DNA of 64,000 nucleotides from an uncultured Chloroflexia bacterium (GTDB lineage: Bacteria > Chloroflexota > Anaerolineae > CG2-30-64-16): assembly GCA_963841825.1 (NCBI GenBank), contig CAWJEL010000010.1:270762-334761 (forward strand), written 5' to 3'. The notes below the pieces were generated by a model. That model ran no database searches and had not been told where the DNA came from. It saw only the letters and a program-made list of their open reading frames with translations. This document shows positions 9,039 through 18,406 of the stretch, in pieces (within the stretch, counting starts at the first letter, position 1; every line of letters starts with the position of its first letter). The position numbers and the translations under genes were made by a program.

Positions 9039-11129
9039 TCAGGCGCGGCTGACCTGGACGCCAACGCCATGCATGATGACGGCAGTGGCAGGGGCCGTGC
9101 CCTGGGTGCTTGTGAGCATGTTGGCGGCGCCCGCCCTATCCAACCCGCTGCTGTCCAATTCCACCCACACCCCTTCTGGCAGGCAGACGACGCCCGGGGC
9201 CAGATCCTCACATAAGCGAACCGTCACCTGCGCCGCGCCCGCGGCGTTGAACAGCCGCACGGGATCCCCGTCACTGATCCCGCGCGCCGCGGCGTCCGCC
9301 GGGTGCATGTCGAGGGCGTGACTGGCCTTACGGCGGATCTCCGCGATGTTGCTGCCCTGCGAATGGGTGCGGTGGGGCGATTTCGGCGTGATGAGCTGCA
9401 AGGGATAGCGTGCATCCTGCGGCCGCGGCTGCCAGGTGGGGATGGCAGGGAAGCCGGTCTCGGCCGCGTAGCGCGCGCTGGCGATCTCCACCAGCCCGGA
9501 TGGCGTGCTGAGCGGGTTGGCCGCGGGATCGCGCGTGAAGTCGGCCAGCCCCACCCGCTCCTGGTTGGCCCCGATGTAAAACCCGGTCCGACGGAATGCA
9601 TCATGATCCGGCACCTCCGAATGATCCAGGAAGTGCTGCACCCACTGCGCCGCGCTGCGCCCCTCCGAGAACTGCGACCCAAAACCCAGCCGCTCGGCCA
9701 GGTCGCACAGGATGTCGTAGTCGTTCCGGGCGCCGCCCTGCGGCGGGACCGCCTGCTGCTTGTAGGTGATGAAGTTGCCGCACCAGGACAGGCCGATGTC
9801 CTCCTTTTCCAGCGCGTGCGCCGCGGGCAGGACCACGTCGCAGTAGCGCGCCGTGGGGGTCAGGAACAGTTCGTGGCAGACGGCAAAGTCTACCTTTTCG
9901 AAGGCGGCGATATTCCTGGCGATCTGGCTGCCCTGGTTGAGGTAGTTGCCGCCGATGCTGTAAATGGCATGGATGTCCACCGGATAGCCGCCTGCGCGCC
10001 CCTCCAGCACAGCATCGGGCCAACGCGCAACCGGCACCGATGGTGCGTCGGGGAGGATCGGCGCCGGCAGCGAACCCACTTGGACGGCGGGCAGGAATTC
10101 GCTCAGCGAGCCGGTGGAGCCGCCCAGCACGCCGAAATTGCCGCTGGCAAGCTGGAGCGCGGCCGCCAGGCGATACGGTTCCTCGCCGGCGTAGACCCGC
10201 TGGATGGAGCAACCGGGCAGCAGCATGGCCGGCCTGGCCGCGGCATAGGCGCGGGCGAAGCGGGTGATCTCCTCGGCCGCGACGCCGCACAGCGGCTCGG
10301 CCCAACCCGGCGTGCGCGGCTGGCCCCCGTCCTGGCCCAGCACATACGCCTCAAGCTGCTCGAAACCGGTGCTGTGGGCCGCGACGAAGGCACGGTCGAC
10401 GTGATCCTCCGTCAGCAGGACATGGAGCACCGCCAGCATCAGCGCGGCGTCGGTCCCGGGGCGGCAGGGAATCCACCAGGCGTTGGTTTTGCGCGCCGTG
10501 CGCGAGCGCCGCGGGTCGATGACCACGATCTGCGCGCCGCGGCGGGCGGCTTCGAGCAGGCGGGCGTTGACGTCTGTGCCCAGGCGGGCCTCCAGCACAT
10601 TGGCGCCCCACAGGACGATCATCTCGGCATACTGCATCGTGGCGGCATCGAAACCGGAATTCTTCCACTGCTCGCCGAAAAGATACGGTAGGATGAATTG
10701 GACCGCGCCGATGCTGTAGGAGCCGGTGAACCGGGTCGCGCCCCCGTAGAAGTTCAGGAAGCGGCGCAGCAGCGGGATGGTGCCGTGGAGCGCGCTGGTA
10801 CAGCCGGCACTGGCCAGGTTCAGCACCGCGTCCGCGCCGTACTTCGTCCGCACCTCAGCCAGCCTGTCGGCGACCAGATCCAGCGCCTCCTCCCAACTCG
10901 CCTCGCGGAAGTGACCGGAGCCACGCGCGCCGGTCCGAATCAGCGGTCGGAGCAGCCGGTCGGGCGCATAGAGTTCGAGCGGCATGTCATAGCCGCGGGT
11001 GCACCCCAGGAGATATTTGCCGGCCGCCACGTTGTTGGCCACGTGCGTCACCCGCCCGTTTTCGAGCGTCGCGGTCAGCGGGCACGCGTTCCCGCCGCAG
11101 TCCTTGCCACAAAACACCGGGATTGTTTG
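9039..11129 (-). CDS. Molybdopterin-dependent oxidoreductase (DMSO reductase/MopB superfamily), N-terminal Cys cluster CGKDCGGNAC
   Basis: ORF 9039..11219; likely start MQTIPVF at 11129; molybdopterin oxidoreductase core and C-terminal MGD-binding domain-like region; stop of upstream ADH at 11134-11136 gives tight coupling. Confidence 0.8.
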   Translation of the reverse strand, partial: QTIPVFCGKDCGGNACPLTATLENGRVTHVANNVAAGKYLLGCTRGYDMPLELYAPDRLLRPLIRTGARGSGHFREASWEEALDLVADRLAEVRTKYGADAVLNLASAGCTSALHGTIPLLRRFLNFYGGATRFTGSYSIGAVQFILPYLFGEQWKNSGFDAATMQYAEMIVLWGANVLEARLGTDVNARLLEAARRGAQIVVIDPRRSRTARKTNAWWIPCRPGTDAALMLAVLHVLLTEDHVDRAFVAAHSTGFEQLEAYVLGQDGGQPRTPGWAEPLCGVAAEEITRFARAYAAARPAMLLPGCSIQRVYAGEEPYRLAAALQLASGNFGVLGGSTGSLSEFLPAVQVGSLPAPILPDAPSVPVARWPDAVLEGRAGGYPVDIHAIYSIGGNYLNQGSQIARNIAAFEKVDFAVCHELFLTPTARYCDVVLPAAHALEKEDIGLSWCGNFITYKQQAVPPQGGARNDYDILCDLAERLGFGSQFSEGRSAAQWVQHFLDHSEVPDHDAFRRTGFYIGANQERVGLADFTRDPAANPLSTPSGLVEIASARYAAETGFPAIPTWQPRPQDARYPLQLITPKSPHRTHSQGSNIAEIRRKASHALDMHPADAAARGISDGDPVRLFNAAGAAQVTVRLCEDLAPGVVCLPEGVWVELDSSGLDRAGAANMLTSTQGTAPATAVIMHGVGVQVSRA

Positions 11130-11136
11130 CATCTCT

Positions 11137-12171
11137 CTACCCATTCGGCAGCATGACCGCCTTGATGATCGGCAAGCTCCCGTCCACGTTGGCCGTGATC
11201 GTGGCCACGGCATCGTCAAAGCCGAAGGTGTGCGTCACGATCTTCGACGCGTCAACCAGGCCATCTTTCAGCAGCCGGTTCGAGATCGGGAAGTTGATCG
11301 CGGGCTCGGCGAAGGTGGGCACCAGGGTGATCTTGCGGAAGATCAGGTCGTTGATGTCGATGTCGACCGTGCTCTGGCCGCCGAAGTGGATGCCATAGAA
11401 CGTGATCAGGCCGCCGTAGCGGATGACCTTCAACGCATCCACCATGCTCCGTGGCGGCGCGCTGACGATCACCCGATCGACGCCGTTCGGGAAGCGGCGC
11501 TTGATCTCCTCTTCCACGTCCTGCTTGCCGACCTCGATCACCATGTCGCAGCCGAATTCCCGCGCCGTGTCCAGGCGCGCCTTCTCGCGCGGGTTGTCGG
11601 CGTTCAACCCGGTGATCGCGACGAAGCCCGCGCCGCGCAGCTTGGCCAGCCGGGCGGACATCAGCCCCAGCGGCCCCGGCCCCAACACCAACACCGACCC
11701 GCCCAGCGGGATGTCGGCGTTAAGCACCGAGGTCAGCGAGACCGCCAGCGGCTCCGTGAGGCAGGCGGAGACGTAGTCCAGCCCGTCAAACTTGACGCAC
11801 GAGTTGTAGCGCACCGACATGTATTGCCCCATGCCGGGCTGCCCGTCGATGCTGAAAAGGTTGCGGCAGAACTCCGGGTGGCCGCTCTTGCAGTCGTCGC
11901 AGACGCCGCACATGCTGACATCTTCGATGATCACCCGGTCGCCGGGCGCCAGGCCAGCCACGTTCTTGCCGACCTCCAGCACCTCCGCCGCGATCTCATG
12001 GCCGAGCGCCATGTAGTCATCCGGCCAGTCCTTGACGAAGTTGAGATCGGTGCCGCACACGCCGCACGCATGCACCTTGACGATGACACGATCGTCGCCC
12101 GCCGGCGCCAGCTCATGTTCGCGCACCTGGATGTCCAGGGTTTTCTTGCCGTAGAGTCCTTTGCTGATCAT
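11137..12171 (-). CDS. Zinc-dependent medium-chain alcohol/polyol dehydrogenase (sorbitol/threonine dehydrogenase-like)
   Basis: GHE catalytic-zinc motif (ALGHEIAAEV), structural zinc CGVCDDCKSGHPEFC, Rossmann GPGPLG. Confidence 0.9.
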   Translation of the reverse strand: MISKGLYGKKTLDIQVREHELAPAGDDRVIVKVHACGVCGTDLNFVKDWPDDYMALGHEIAAEVLEVGKNVAGLAPGDRVIIEDVSMCGVCDDCKSGHPEFCRNLFSIDGQPGMGQYMSVRYNSCVKFDGLDYVSACLTEPLAVSLTSVLNADIPLGGSVLVLGPGPLGLMSARLAKLRGAGFVAITGLNADNPREKARLDTAREFGCDMVIEVGKQDVEEEIKRRFPNGVDRVIVSAPPRSMVDALKVIRYGGLITFYGIHFGGQSTVDIDINDLIFRKITLVPTFAEPAINFPISNRLLKDGLVDASKIVTHTFGFDDAVATITANVDGSLPIIKAVMLPNG

Positions 12172-12199
12172 AGAAGCCTCCCAAAGCCGGAACCAGGTC

Positions 12200-12288
12200 G
12201 CTCACCACCAAGGCACTAAGCCACCAAGGACACGAAGAAGACATATCTCTTTGTGCCTCTTTGTGTCTTGGTGTCTTTGTGGTGAGGC
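12200..12288 (-). terminator. REP-like palindromic element / terminator downstream of DegT (caccaccaaggcac...tctttgtggtgagg)
   Basis: Long imperfect hairpin; ~85-bp element alignable with 62771-62852. Confidence 0.5.
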
Positions 12289-12330
12289 CTTTGCTTTTCG
12301 TGCGTGTATCCACCCGGTGAGCGTCTCGAC

Positions 12331-13662
12331 TCACCCAGCCCCGTATAGCTTCCCATCCGCGCCCGGATAGATCGCATCGTCGGCGTGCGCCAGGGCCTGA
12401 TCGAGGTTGCCGAACACCTTGTGGAACGCGGCCAGGATCTTGTCCATCAACTCTTTGCCGTTCGGCGCATGGATGCCATGCACCACGGTATAGGTATCGC
12501 AGAGCATCTGGGCGACCGGGAAGTTGTCCACGTTGTAGTCATAGTGGATCCCCTTCGCCTCGTTGACCACCCACGGATAGCTGGAGCCGCCGTAGCCGAG
12601 CTTGCTCTGGAAGAGGTCCTGCGCGGGCACGGGCATCGTCTGCCACTGGCCGACGAGCATCCCTTCCTTATACAGCGCCTTTTCCACGGCGATGCGGAAG
12701 CGCCGCGGCTCCACATCCACGCCCGCGGCCTGCGGATCGAACCGGGTGTTGTACATGAAGTAGACATGCTTGCACTCAGGCGGGCAGTAGGGCGGGATGA
12801 CGCCGGGGATCTTGCTCAGTTCGGCGGTCAGATAATTGGCGTTGGCGATGCGGGTCGCGTTGCGCTCGTCCAGGTGCAGGAGCTGGCCGCGGGTCAGGGC
12901 GGCCGGCAGCTCCTGGTTGCGATACATGTAGCCCAGGATCGAGGCGTTGTAGACACGGCGCCGGCTCACTTCGTCAACCTCGTCGCCGAAGCAGCGCACC
13001 AGGACGCCCTTCTGAAGATAGGCCTCGTCGTCGGTGGTGAAGAGGCCGCCCTCGCCGCCGCACAGATTCTTGAAGTTGTTCAGGCTGAAGGTGCCGATGT
13101 CGCCGAACGTGCCGACCTTCTTCCCCTTGTACTCGGCGCCGTGCGACTGGCAGGCATCCTCGATCACGTACAGGTTGTGCTTGCGCGCAATCGCCAGGAT
13201 CGGGTCCAGGTCGGCCGAAAGGCCCTGGATATGCACCGGGATGATCGCCTTGGTGCGCTCGGTGATCGCTGCTTCCAGCTTGGCCGGATCCATGTTGTAG
13301 GTGCGCGGGTCGATGTCCACGAACACCGGGATGGCGTTCTGGTGCAGCGCACACGAAGCCGACGCCAGGAAGGTAAACGCCGAGGTGATGATCTCGTCAC
13401 CAGGGCCGACGCCGACCGCGGCCAGCGCCATGTGCAGCGCCGCGGTGCCCGAGGTGGTGGTCAGACAGTGTTTGGAGCCGACGTACTCGGCCCACTCACG
13501 TTCAAGCGCCGCCACCTGGGGCGCGGTGCCGCCCGCGACGATGCCGCTGTCGAGCACTTCGTTGATGAACCGACGGTCATCCTCGGTGATGATCGGCCAG
13601 TTGCCGTAGTCGCTCCGCTGCAGGACCGGGGTCCCGCCGTTGATCGCCAGATTCTCGGACAT
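12331..13662 (-). CDS. DegT/DnrJ/EryC1/StrS family PLP-dependent aminotransferase
   Basis: 443 aa; N-terminal LAINGG, family-typical TSGTAALHMAL, ACQSHGAEYKGKKVGTFGDIGTFSL. Confidence 0.85.
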   Translation of the reverse strand: MSENLAINGGTPVLQRSDYGNWPIITEDDRRFINEVLDSGIVAGGTAPQVAALEREWAEYVGSKHCLTTTSGTAALHMALAAVGVGPGDEIITSAFTFLASASCALHQNAIPVFVDIDPRTYNMDPAKLEAAITERTKAIIPVHIQGLSADLDPILAIARKHNLYVIEDACQSHGAEYKGKKVGTFGDIGTFSLNNFKNLCGGEGGLFTTDDEAYLQKGVLVRCFGDEVDEVSRRRVYNASILGYMYRNQELPAALTRGQLLHLDERNATRIANANYLTAELSKIPGVIPPYCPPECKHVYFMYNTRFDPQAAGVDVEPRRFRIAVEKALYKEGMLVGQWQTMPVPAQDLFQSKLGYGGSSYPWVVNEAKGIHYDYNVDNFPVAQMLCDTYTVVHGIHAPNGKELMDKILAAFHKVFGNLDQALAHADDAIYPGADGKLYGAG

Positions 13663-13696
13663 GATTTCCTCCTGTTTTGAATTATCTTCTGGAATA

Positions 13697-13741
13697 AGGC
13701 TTTACCGGACGCGCTAGTGGCCGAAGAACCGGCTAAAGCCT
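13697..13741 (-). terminator. Hairpin aggctttaccgg...ccggctaaagcct downstream of LacI-family gene
   Basis: 12-bp near-perfect inverted repeat with ~20-nt loop; similar element at 18354-18406. Confidence 0.45.
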
Positions 13742-13780
13742 CTACTCCGGTTCACAGGACCAAACTCATCTGATTTGCTT

Positions 13781-14861
13781 TCAATGTTGCGTTATATTGC
13801 TTATCACCTTTGGCGGCGCGCACGAATCGCGTTTGACAAGCTGCGGCGGAATGATGACGTGAGGCGCGGGCTGCGGGATGGCCCGGTCGCGGATCATTTC
13901 GATCAGCAGCTCGACCGCCTGGCACGCGATCTCTTCGTAGGGCTGGTGAACTGTAGTCAGCGCCGGATGCAGGTAGCCGGCGATCTTGATGTCATCGAAC
14001 CCCACGATCGAGAGGTCAGCCGGCACCGCGACGCCGTGCTCGGCCGCGGCCTTCATCGCACCGATCGCCATGTTGTCGTCCGCCGCAAAGACCGCGGTGG
14101 GCGGCTGGGGCAACGCCAGGAGCCGGGCCATCGCCTGATACCCCTCCTCCAACGCATTCTCGACGAGCTGGAGGTAGCCTGCGGGAACGCCGCCGAACTG
14201 CTCGGCCATGAACTCAGCGTACGCCTCGCCGCGCTCGTGCAGATCACCCAGGCGGGCCGAGCCGATGAACGCGATGCGCCGGTGGCCCAGCCCAGCCAGA
14301 TAATCCAGCACCGACCGGGCGCCCAGGCGATTGTCCATCGTCACCGAGGGGGTGTCGCCCACCAGCGAGCCGCTGGCCCCGGCAGACCAGGATCAGCGGC
14401 ACCTGCTTGCTGAGCGTGTTGAGAAAGGACTGATCTTCGGGTGTTTCCCGGAGATCGCCCAGGAGCAGCAGCCCGTCGCAGTAGCGCGTGTTGAGCGTCT
14501 CGCTGAGCGCCACCGCCTGCTCGGGGTCGCCCTTGGCCGAGCCGAGCATCAAGTCGTAGCCCGCGTCGCGCGCCACGTTGACGAAGGCGTCCACCAGCCG
14601 GGAAAAGAACGCGTCATCGAACTCGCGCACGATGACACCCAGGAGGTTGGTGCCCTTCCCCCGCAGCGCGCGGGCGCTCGGATGGGCACGGTAGGCCAGA
14701 TCGCCCGCGGCCTGCAGGACGCGCTGGCGGGTGTCCCCGCTGATGGGAATGGAGGTCTCGGCGCCGGTCAGCACCCGCGAGACGGTGCTCTCGGCCACGC
14801 CGGCCAGCAGCGCGACGTCCCGGATCGTCGGCGGCTTCAGCGTTTTCATCTCGGTCTTCAT
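13781..14861 (-). CDS. LacI family transcriptional regulator (apparent frameshift near 14365-14390)
   Basis: ORF 14244..14861 carries N-terminal HTH (IRDVALLAGVAESTVSRVL); ORF 13781..14362 carries the C-terminal periplasmic-binding-like sugar-binding domain; the two are in different frames. Confidence 0.75.
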
Positions 14862-15000
14862 AGGGGGGCGTCTCTAGCAATGCGTAGCAGACAATCGTCA
14901 TACTGCATTCGATTGCAATAGTCTATATGAGGTTGGGGTCTGTGTCAAGTTCGACTTGCCCCCGCCAGCAATTCCAAATGTAGCCGGAATCGAGGCTTTA

Positions 15001-15008
15001 GCCCTGAT
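15001..15008. repeat. 8-bp target-site duplication (gccctgat), left copy, of IS66-family insertion
   Basis: Identical 8-mer at 16854-16861 directly flanking the 22-bp TIRs. Confidence 0.7.
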
Positions 15009-16853
15009 GTATCTTCTCAATAATCCGGGGCGAGTGAATCATGCCCCGTGTCAAGGACAGAAGTCATAGACAGCCTGCTGCCAGTCATGATAGGCTTGCA
15101 GTCGTTCTGCCGGGTACCGCAAGGCCGGATAATCTACCGCGAGCAGACAGTGAGGGATCGTGGCGTTCGAACAGCTTGACCTGGATCAGATTCAGGATGT
15201 GGCCCAAGCCAAACGGGCCATCATCGGGTTGCTCAACTTGGTTGAGGATCTGCAGGCTACCGTGCGCGAGTTGCAAGCCGAGATGCAGCGCCTGCGCGAC
15301 GCGAACAACCACCTGAAGGGTGAACAAGGCCAGCCGGATATCAAGGCCAACCGGCGGGGCAAAGCCCCTGGTCCCGGCACTGACCACTCGTCGGAAGCGG
15401 AGCGCCGCAAACCGCAGGCGTGGCAGAAGGGCAGCAAGCTGGCCCAGATTACAATTGACCGCGAAGAAGTGCTGACGGTAGATCCAGCGCAGCTGCCGGC
15501 CGATGCCGAGTTCAAAGGCTATGAAGATACGGTCGTGCAGGATGTGGTGCTCCACACCGCCAACGTGCTGTTCCACAAGGAAAAGTACTACTCGCCGAGC
15601 GAGCGACGGACGTATCTGGCGCCCTTGCCGCTGGGCTATGACGGCCAATTCGGGCCGGGCATCAAGGCGTTGGCGCTGGTGCAGTATTTTGCCTGCAACG
15701 TGGCCGAGCCGAAGCTCCTGGAATTCTTTGCCAATGTGGGCATCCACCTGTCGGCGGGTGAGTTGTCCAATTGGCTGATCAAAGACTGGCCGGAGCTGCA
15801 CGCCGAGAAGGCCGCCATCTACGAGGCGGGGCTGCGCAGCAGCCCGTGGCAGCACCTGGACGATACGGCGACGCGGGTCAATGGCCAGAATCAGCATTGT
15901 CATGTCGTGTGCAATCCGCTGTATACCGCCTACTTTACGACGGCCCGCAAGGACCGGCTGACGATTGTGGACGTGCTGCGCAATCTGGGCGCCCGGACCT
16001 TCCGCATCAATGCCGAAGCTATCGACTTGCTGCATATCTTCGGGGTGGCGCAATGCACCGTACGCCGTGTGCAGGGCTTGCCGCAAGATCAGGACTTGCG
16101 TGAAGCCGAGTTCAGCGCCCTGTTGGACGCCTGGCTGCCGACTCTGGGGCCGCAGCCCCGCGCCCGGATCTTGGAAGCCGCGGCCGTGGCCGCCTACCAT
16201 GCCCAGCTGGAGTTCCCAGTCATCAAGCTGTTGCTCTGCGATGACGCCCCGCAGTTCAACTGGGTCACCGAACAACTGGCGCTGTGTTGGATCCACGAAG
16301 GTCGCCACTACAAGAAACTGGATCCGAGCAGTGCGCTGTTCCGCACCGCCGTGACCGAATTTACCAAGCAGTTCTGGGAATACTACGATGAATTGCTGGC
16401 CTATCGGCAACAGCCCAACGTCGACGCGAAAGCGCACCTGACGGCCAACTTTGATACCCTGTTCGCAACACTGACGGGCTATCGGGCCTTGGATGAGCGC
16501 ATCGAAAAGACCCGGTTCAAGAAGGCCAGCCTGCTGCTGGTCCTCGACCATCCCGAAATCCCGTTGCACAACAACCCGGCCGAACTGGGCGCCCGCCAGC
16601 GCGTGCGCAAACGCGATGTGAGCTTTGGGCCACGCACGCCGGACGGCGCCAAAGCCTGGGACACTTTCATGACCCTGACCGCGACGGCCAAGAAACTCGG
16701 CGTCAGCATCTACCACTACATCCAGGATCGCGTATCCGGCGCCTTTGAACTGCCCGATCTGGCCGACACCATCACGCAACGCGCCGCCGAACTGTCACTG
16801 GGTGCATCTTGGGACCCGCCATAATCGGCTCCCCCGGATTATTGAGAAGATAC
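15009..16853 (+). mobile_element. IS66-family insertion sequence (single-ORF type), 1845 bp, perfect 22-bp terminal inverted repeats gtatcttctcaataatccgggg
   Basis: TIR at 15009-15030 is the exact reverse complement of 16832-16853; 8-bp TSD; encodes IS66-type transposase. Confidence 0.8.
15160..16824 (+). CDS. IS66-family transposase
   Basis: 554 aa; N-terminal coiled-coil (LQATVRELQAEMQRLRD); C-terminal block HNNPAELGARQRVRKRDVSFGPRTPDGAKAWDTFMTLTATAKKLGVSIYHYIQDRV matches IS66 TnpC signature NNxAERxxR...RKNxLF...GA...SLIxTAKxNGxxPxxYL. Confidence 0.8.
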   Translation: MAFEQLDLDQIQDVAQAKRAIIGLLNLVEDLQATVRELQAEMQRLRDANNHLKGEQGQPDIKANRRGKAPGPGTDHSSEAERRKPQAWQKGSKLAQITIDREEVLTVDPAQLPADAEFKGYEDTVVQDVVLHTANVLFHKEKYYSPSERRTYLAPLPLGYDGQFGPGIKALALVQYFACNVAEPKLLEFFANVGIHLSAGELSNWLIKDWPELHAEKAAIYEAGLRSSPWQHLDDTATRVNGQNQHCHVVCNPLYTAYFTTARKDRLTIVDVLRNLGARTFRINAEAIDLLHIFGVAQCTVRRVQGLPQDQDLREAEFSALLDAWLPTLGPQPRARILEAAAVAAYHAQLEFPVIKLLLCDDAPQFNWVTEQLALCWIHEGRHYKKLDPSSALFRTAVTEFTKQFWEYYDELLAYRQQPNVDAKAHLTANFDTLFATLTGYRALDERIEKTRFKKASLLLVLDHPEIPLHNNPAELGARQRVRKRDVSFGPRTPDGAKAWDTFMTLTATAKKLGVSIYHYIQDRVSGAFELPDLADTITQRAAELSLGASWDPP

Positions 16854-16861
16854 GCCCTGAT
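16854..16861. repeat. 8-bp target-site duplication (gccctgat), right copy
   Basis: See 15001-15008. Confidence 0.7.
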
Positions 16862-16875
16862 CTTTACCCATAAGT

Positions 16876-18274
16876 TTATTGCAGGTTGACATCTGGAGCG
16901 GCAAAGAGTCGTGCGCCATCAGCCAGGTCCGATAGATACCGCCAGCCACGCCAGACGGTGCGCCAACCTGGCGGGCCATCGTGCCGGCGGCCTTGGTGCC
17001 CGCCCAAGCGGGCAACCTGCTGCCAGAATTGCTGGGCCGTGAGCGTTTGCCAATTCAGCCGCTGGCGCCGCGCCAGGACTTGTACTAGTAACGGCTCGAC
17101 CACCGTGGTGGCGGGCACTTCAGGCGCTTGCCGGACGGTCTGTCGTAGCTGTAACAGCCGGACCGCAATGGGCAGCGCAAAGCCGAGTAAGCGCTGGATG
17201 TCAGCGCCATCATCCAGTTGGCGCTGTTCGATGCGACAGCCCGTTTTGAGGCACTGATGAAAGTCCTCGCAGAACCAGCGACAGGTATACCAGTCCACCC
17301 GCGTCTGGGCATCGCCCAGGTTCTCAACGGGCAGGGACGACAACAGCACCCATTCCACCGGCTCAACGTCTGGCGGTGGGTCGGGTTCCCAGGCCCGTAC
17401 CACCCAGACTTTGAGCGGGCCGTAGGTGCGGATTTCCGGCGGCGCTTGCACCGGCGGCGCCAGGGTGATCGCTGCCCATTGCAGCGCCAAATGGGCTTGG
17501 CGGGCGGGCTGCTGGCCCTCGGCCGGCAGCGTCACCGTGTACGCACTCCCAGGCTGCGGCTCCAAGCCCTGCACATAGTCCAGTACGGCCTGGGCGGTCG
17601 GCTCTGTGGCCTCCGCACTGTCGTCGGGCCAGATCAAGCGCCGGTTGCGAAAGGCACGGATCAGGAAGTGCTTGTGCTGCTGGCGACAGACCGCCATGTA
17701 CGCAAAGATGTCGCTGCCACTGTCACTGACATGCACCCAGCAGACCCCAGCGGGAGGCGCCCCCACTTGGGCAGCCGAAACTTCCCACACCCGCCCTTCC
17801 GGTGTGCGCACCCATTTCTTGGCGGCGTTCAGCTTTCGGCTGCCGCAAGACCACCTGCGCATGGGCCAGGCCCAACAGCGTCCGCTGCTCCGGCTCAAGC
17901 GCCAGCGTGCTGTGCAACAGCAGACCCCGCCCGCGACCATCCCCGATCGGACCCAGACCGGTCTTGCTGGCGTGGGCCGTGAAGTCCAGTTCGGTGGTGT
18001 CTTCGACCAGCAAGGCCACCTTCACCGCACGGGCGGCCTGCAAAGTCTGCTGCCGATGCGGCGCCGTCAAGGCCGTCAGACTGACACCGGGATGATTCAA
18101 CAGCCCGTAGGCCGCCTTCAGCGCACTGGGCGACCCCATCTGTTCCGGCAGCGAAGCTTCGCTGTGCGCGGCCATCTGCGTCCCAATGGCGACCGCCCGC
18201 CGCGTCAGCCGCCGATCACCCAATTCGACTTGCGCCCATTGCTGGGCCGCCCATTCACCGGTACTCAAGGTCAT
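16876..18274 (-). pseudogene. IS4-family (Tn5-like) transposase, frameshifted (N-terminal part 17723..18274, C-terminal part 16876..17940)
   Basis: WVLLSSLPVENLGDAQTRVDWYTCRWFCEDFHQCLKTGCRIEQRQLDDGADIQRLLGFALPIAVRLLQLRQ aligns with Tn5 Tnp WLLLTSEPVESLAQALRVIDIYTHRWRIEEFHKAWKTGAGAERQRMEEPDNLERMVSILSFVAVRLLQLRE; the N-terminal DNA-binding part is in a different frame. Confidence 0.8.
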
Positions 18275-18353
18275 CGTGCACCTCTATCGTGGGTTTGCAA
18301 CGATGATAGCCGCATTGAACAAAGCTGGCAACTAAGTTGTAGGTAAAGATCAG

Positions 18354-18406
18354 GGCTTTAGCCGGCGTGGTTTGCGGCTTTGCAGGCCAGAAAACCGGCT
18401 GAAGCC
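18354..18406. repeat. Hairpin ggctttagccgg...ccggctgaagcc abutting the IS4-family terminus; second copy of the 13697-13741 element
   Basis: 11/12-bp inverted repeat; shared flanking pattern aggctttaNccgg ... aaccggctNaagcctc. Confidence 0.45.

Larger units (their letters stand above)
16854..18356 (-). mobile_element. IS4-family (IS50/Tn5-like) insertion sequence, decayed; its other terminus (about 14994-15008) is displaced by the nested IS66 element
   Basis: Imperfect TIRs: gccctgatctttacccataagtttattgcaggtt (16855-) versus reverse complement of 18322-18356 gccctgatctttacctacaacttagttgccagct; encodes a Tn5-like transposase. Confidence 0.7.

Noticed and set aside
14880-14935. Candidate LacI operator: palindrome CAATCG-n12-CGATTG (agcaatgcgtagcagacaatcgtcatactgcattcgattgcaat) upstream of the LacI-family gene
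   Set aside because: Half-sites are short (6 bp) with 12-bp spacing, unlike typical LacI/GalR operators (TGNAANCGNTTNCA-type). Cannot be supported without more copies.
16876-18274. Programmed ribosomal frameshift in the IS4-family transposase
   Set aside because: IS4/IS50-family transposases are single-ORF and do not use programmed frameshifting. No slippery heptamer is seen at the junction. Given the window-wide indel pattern this is decay or a sequencing error.
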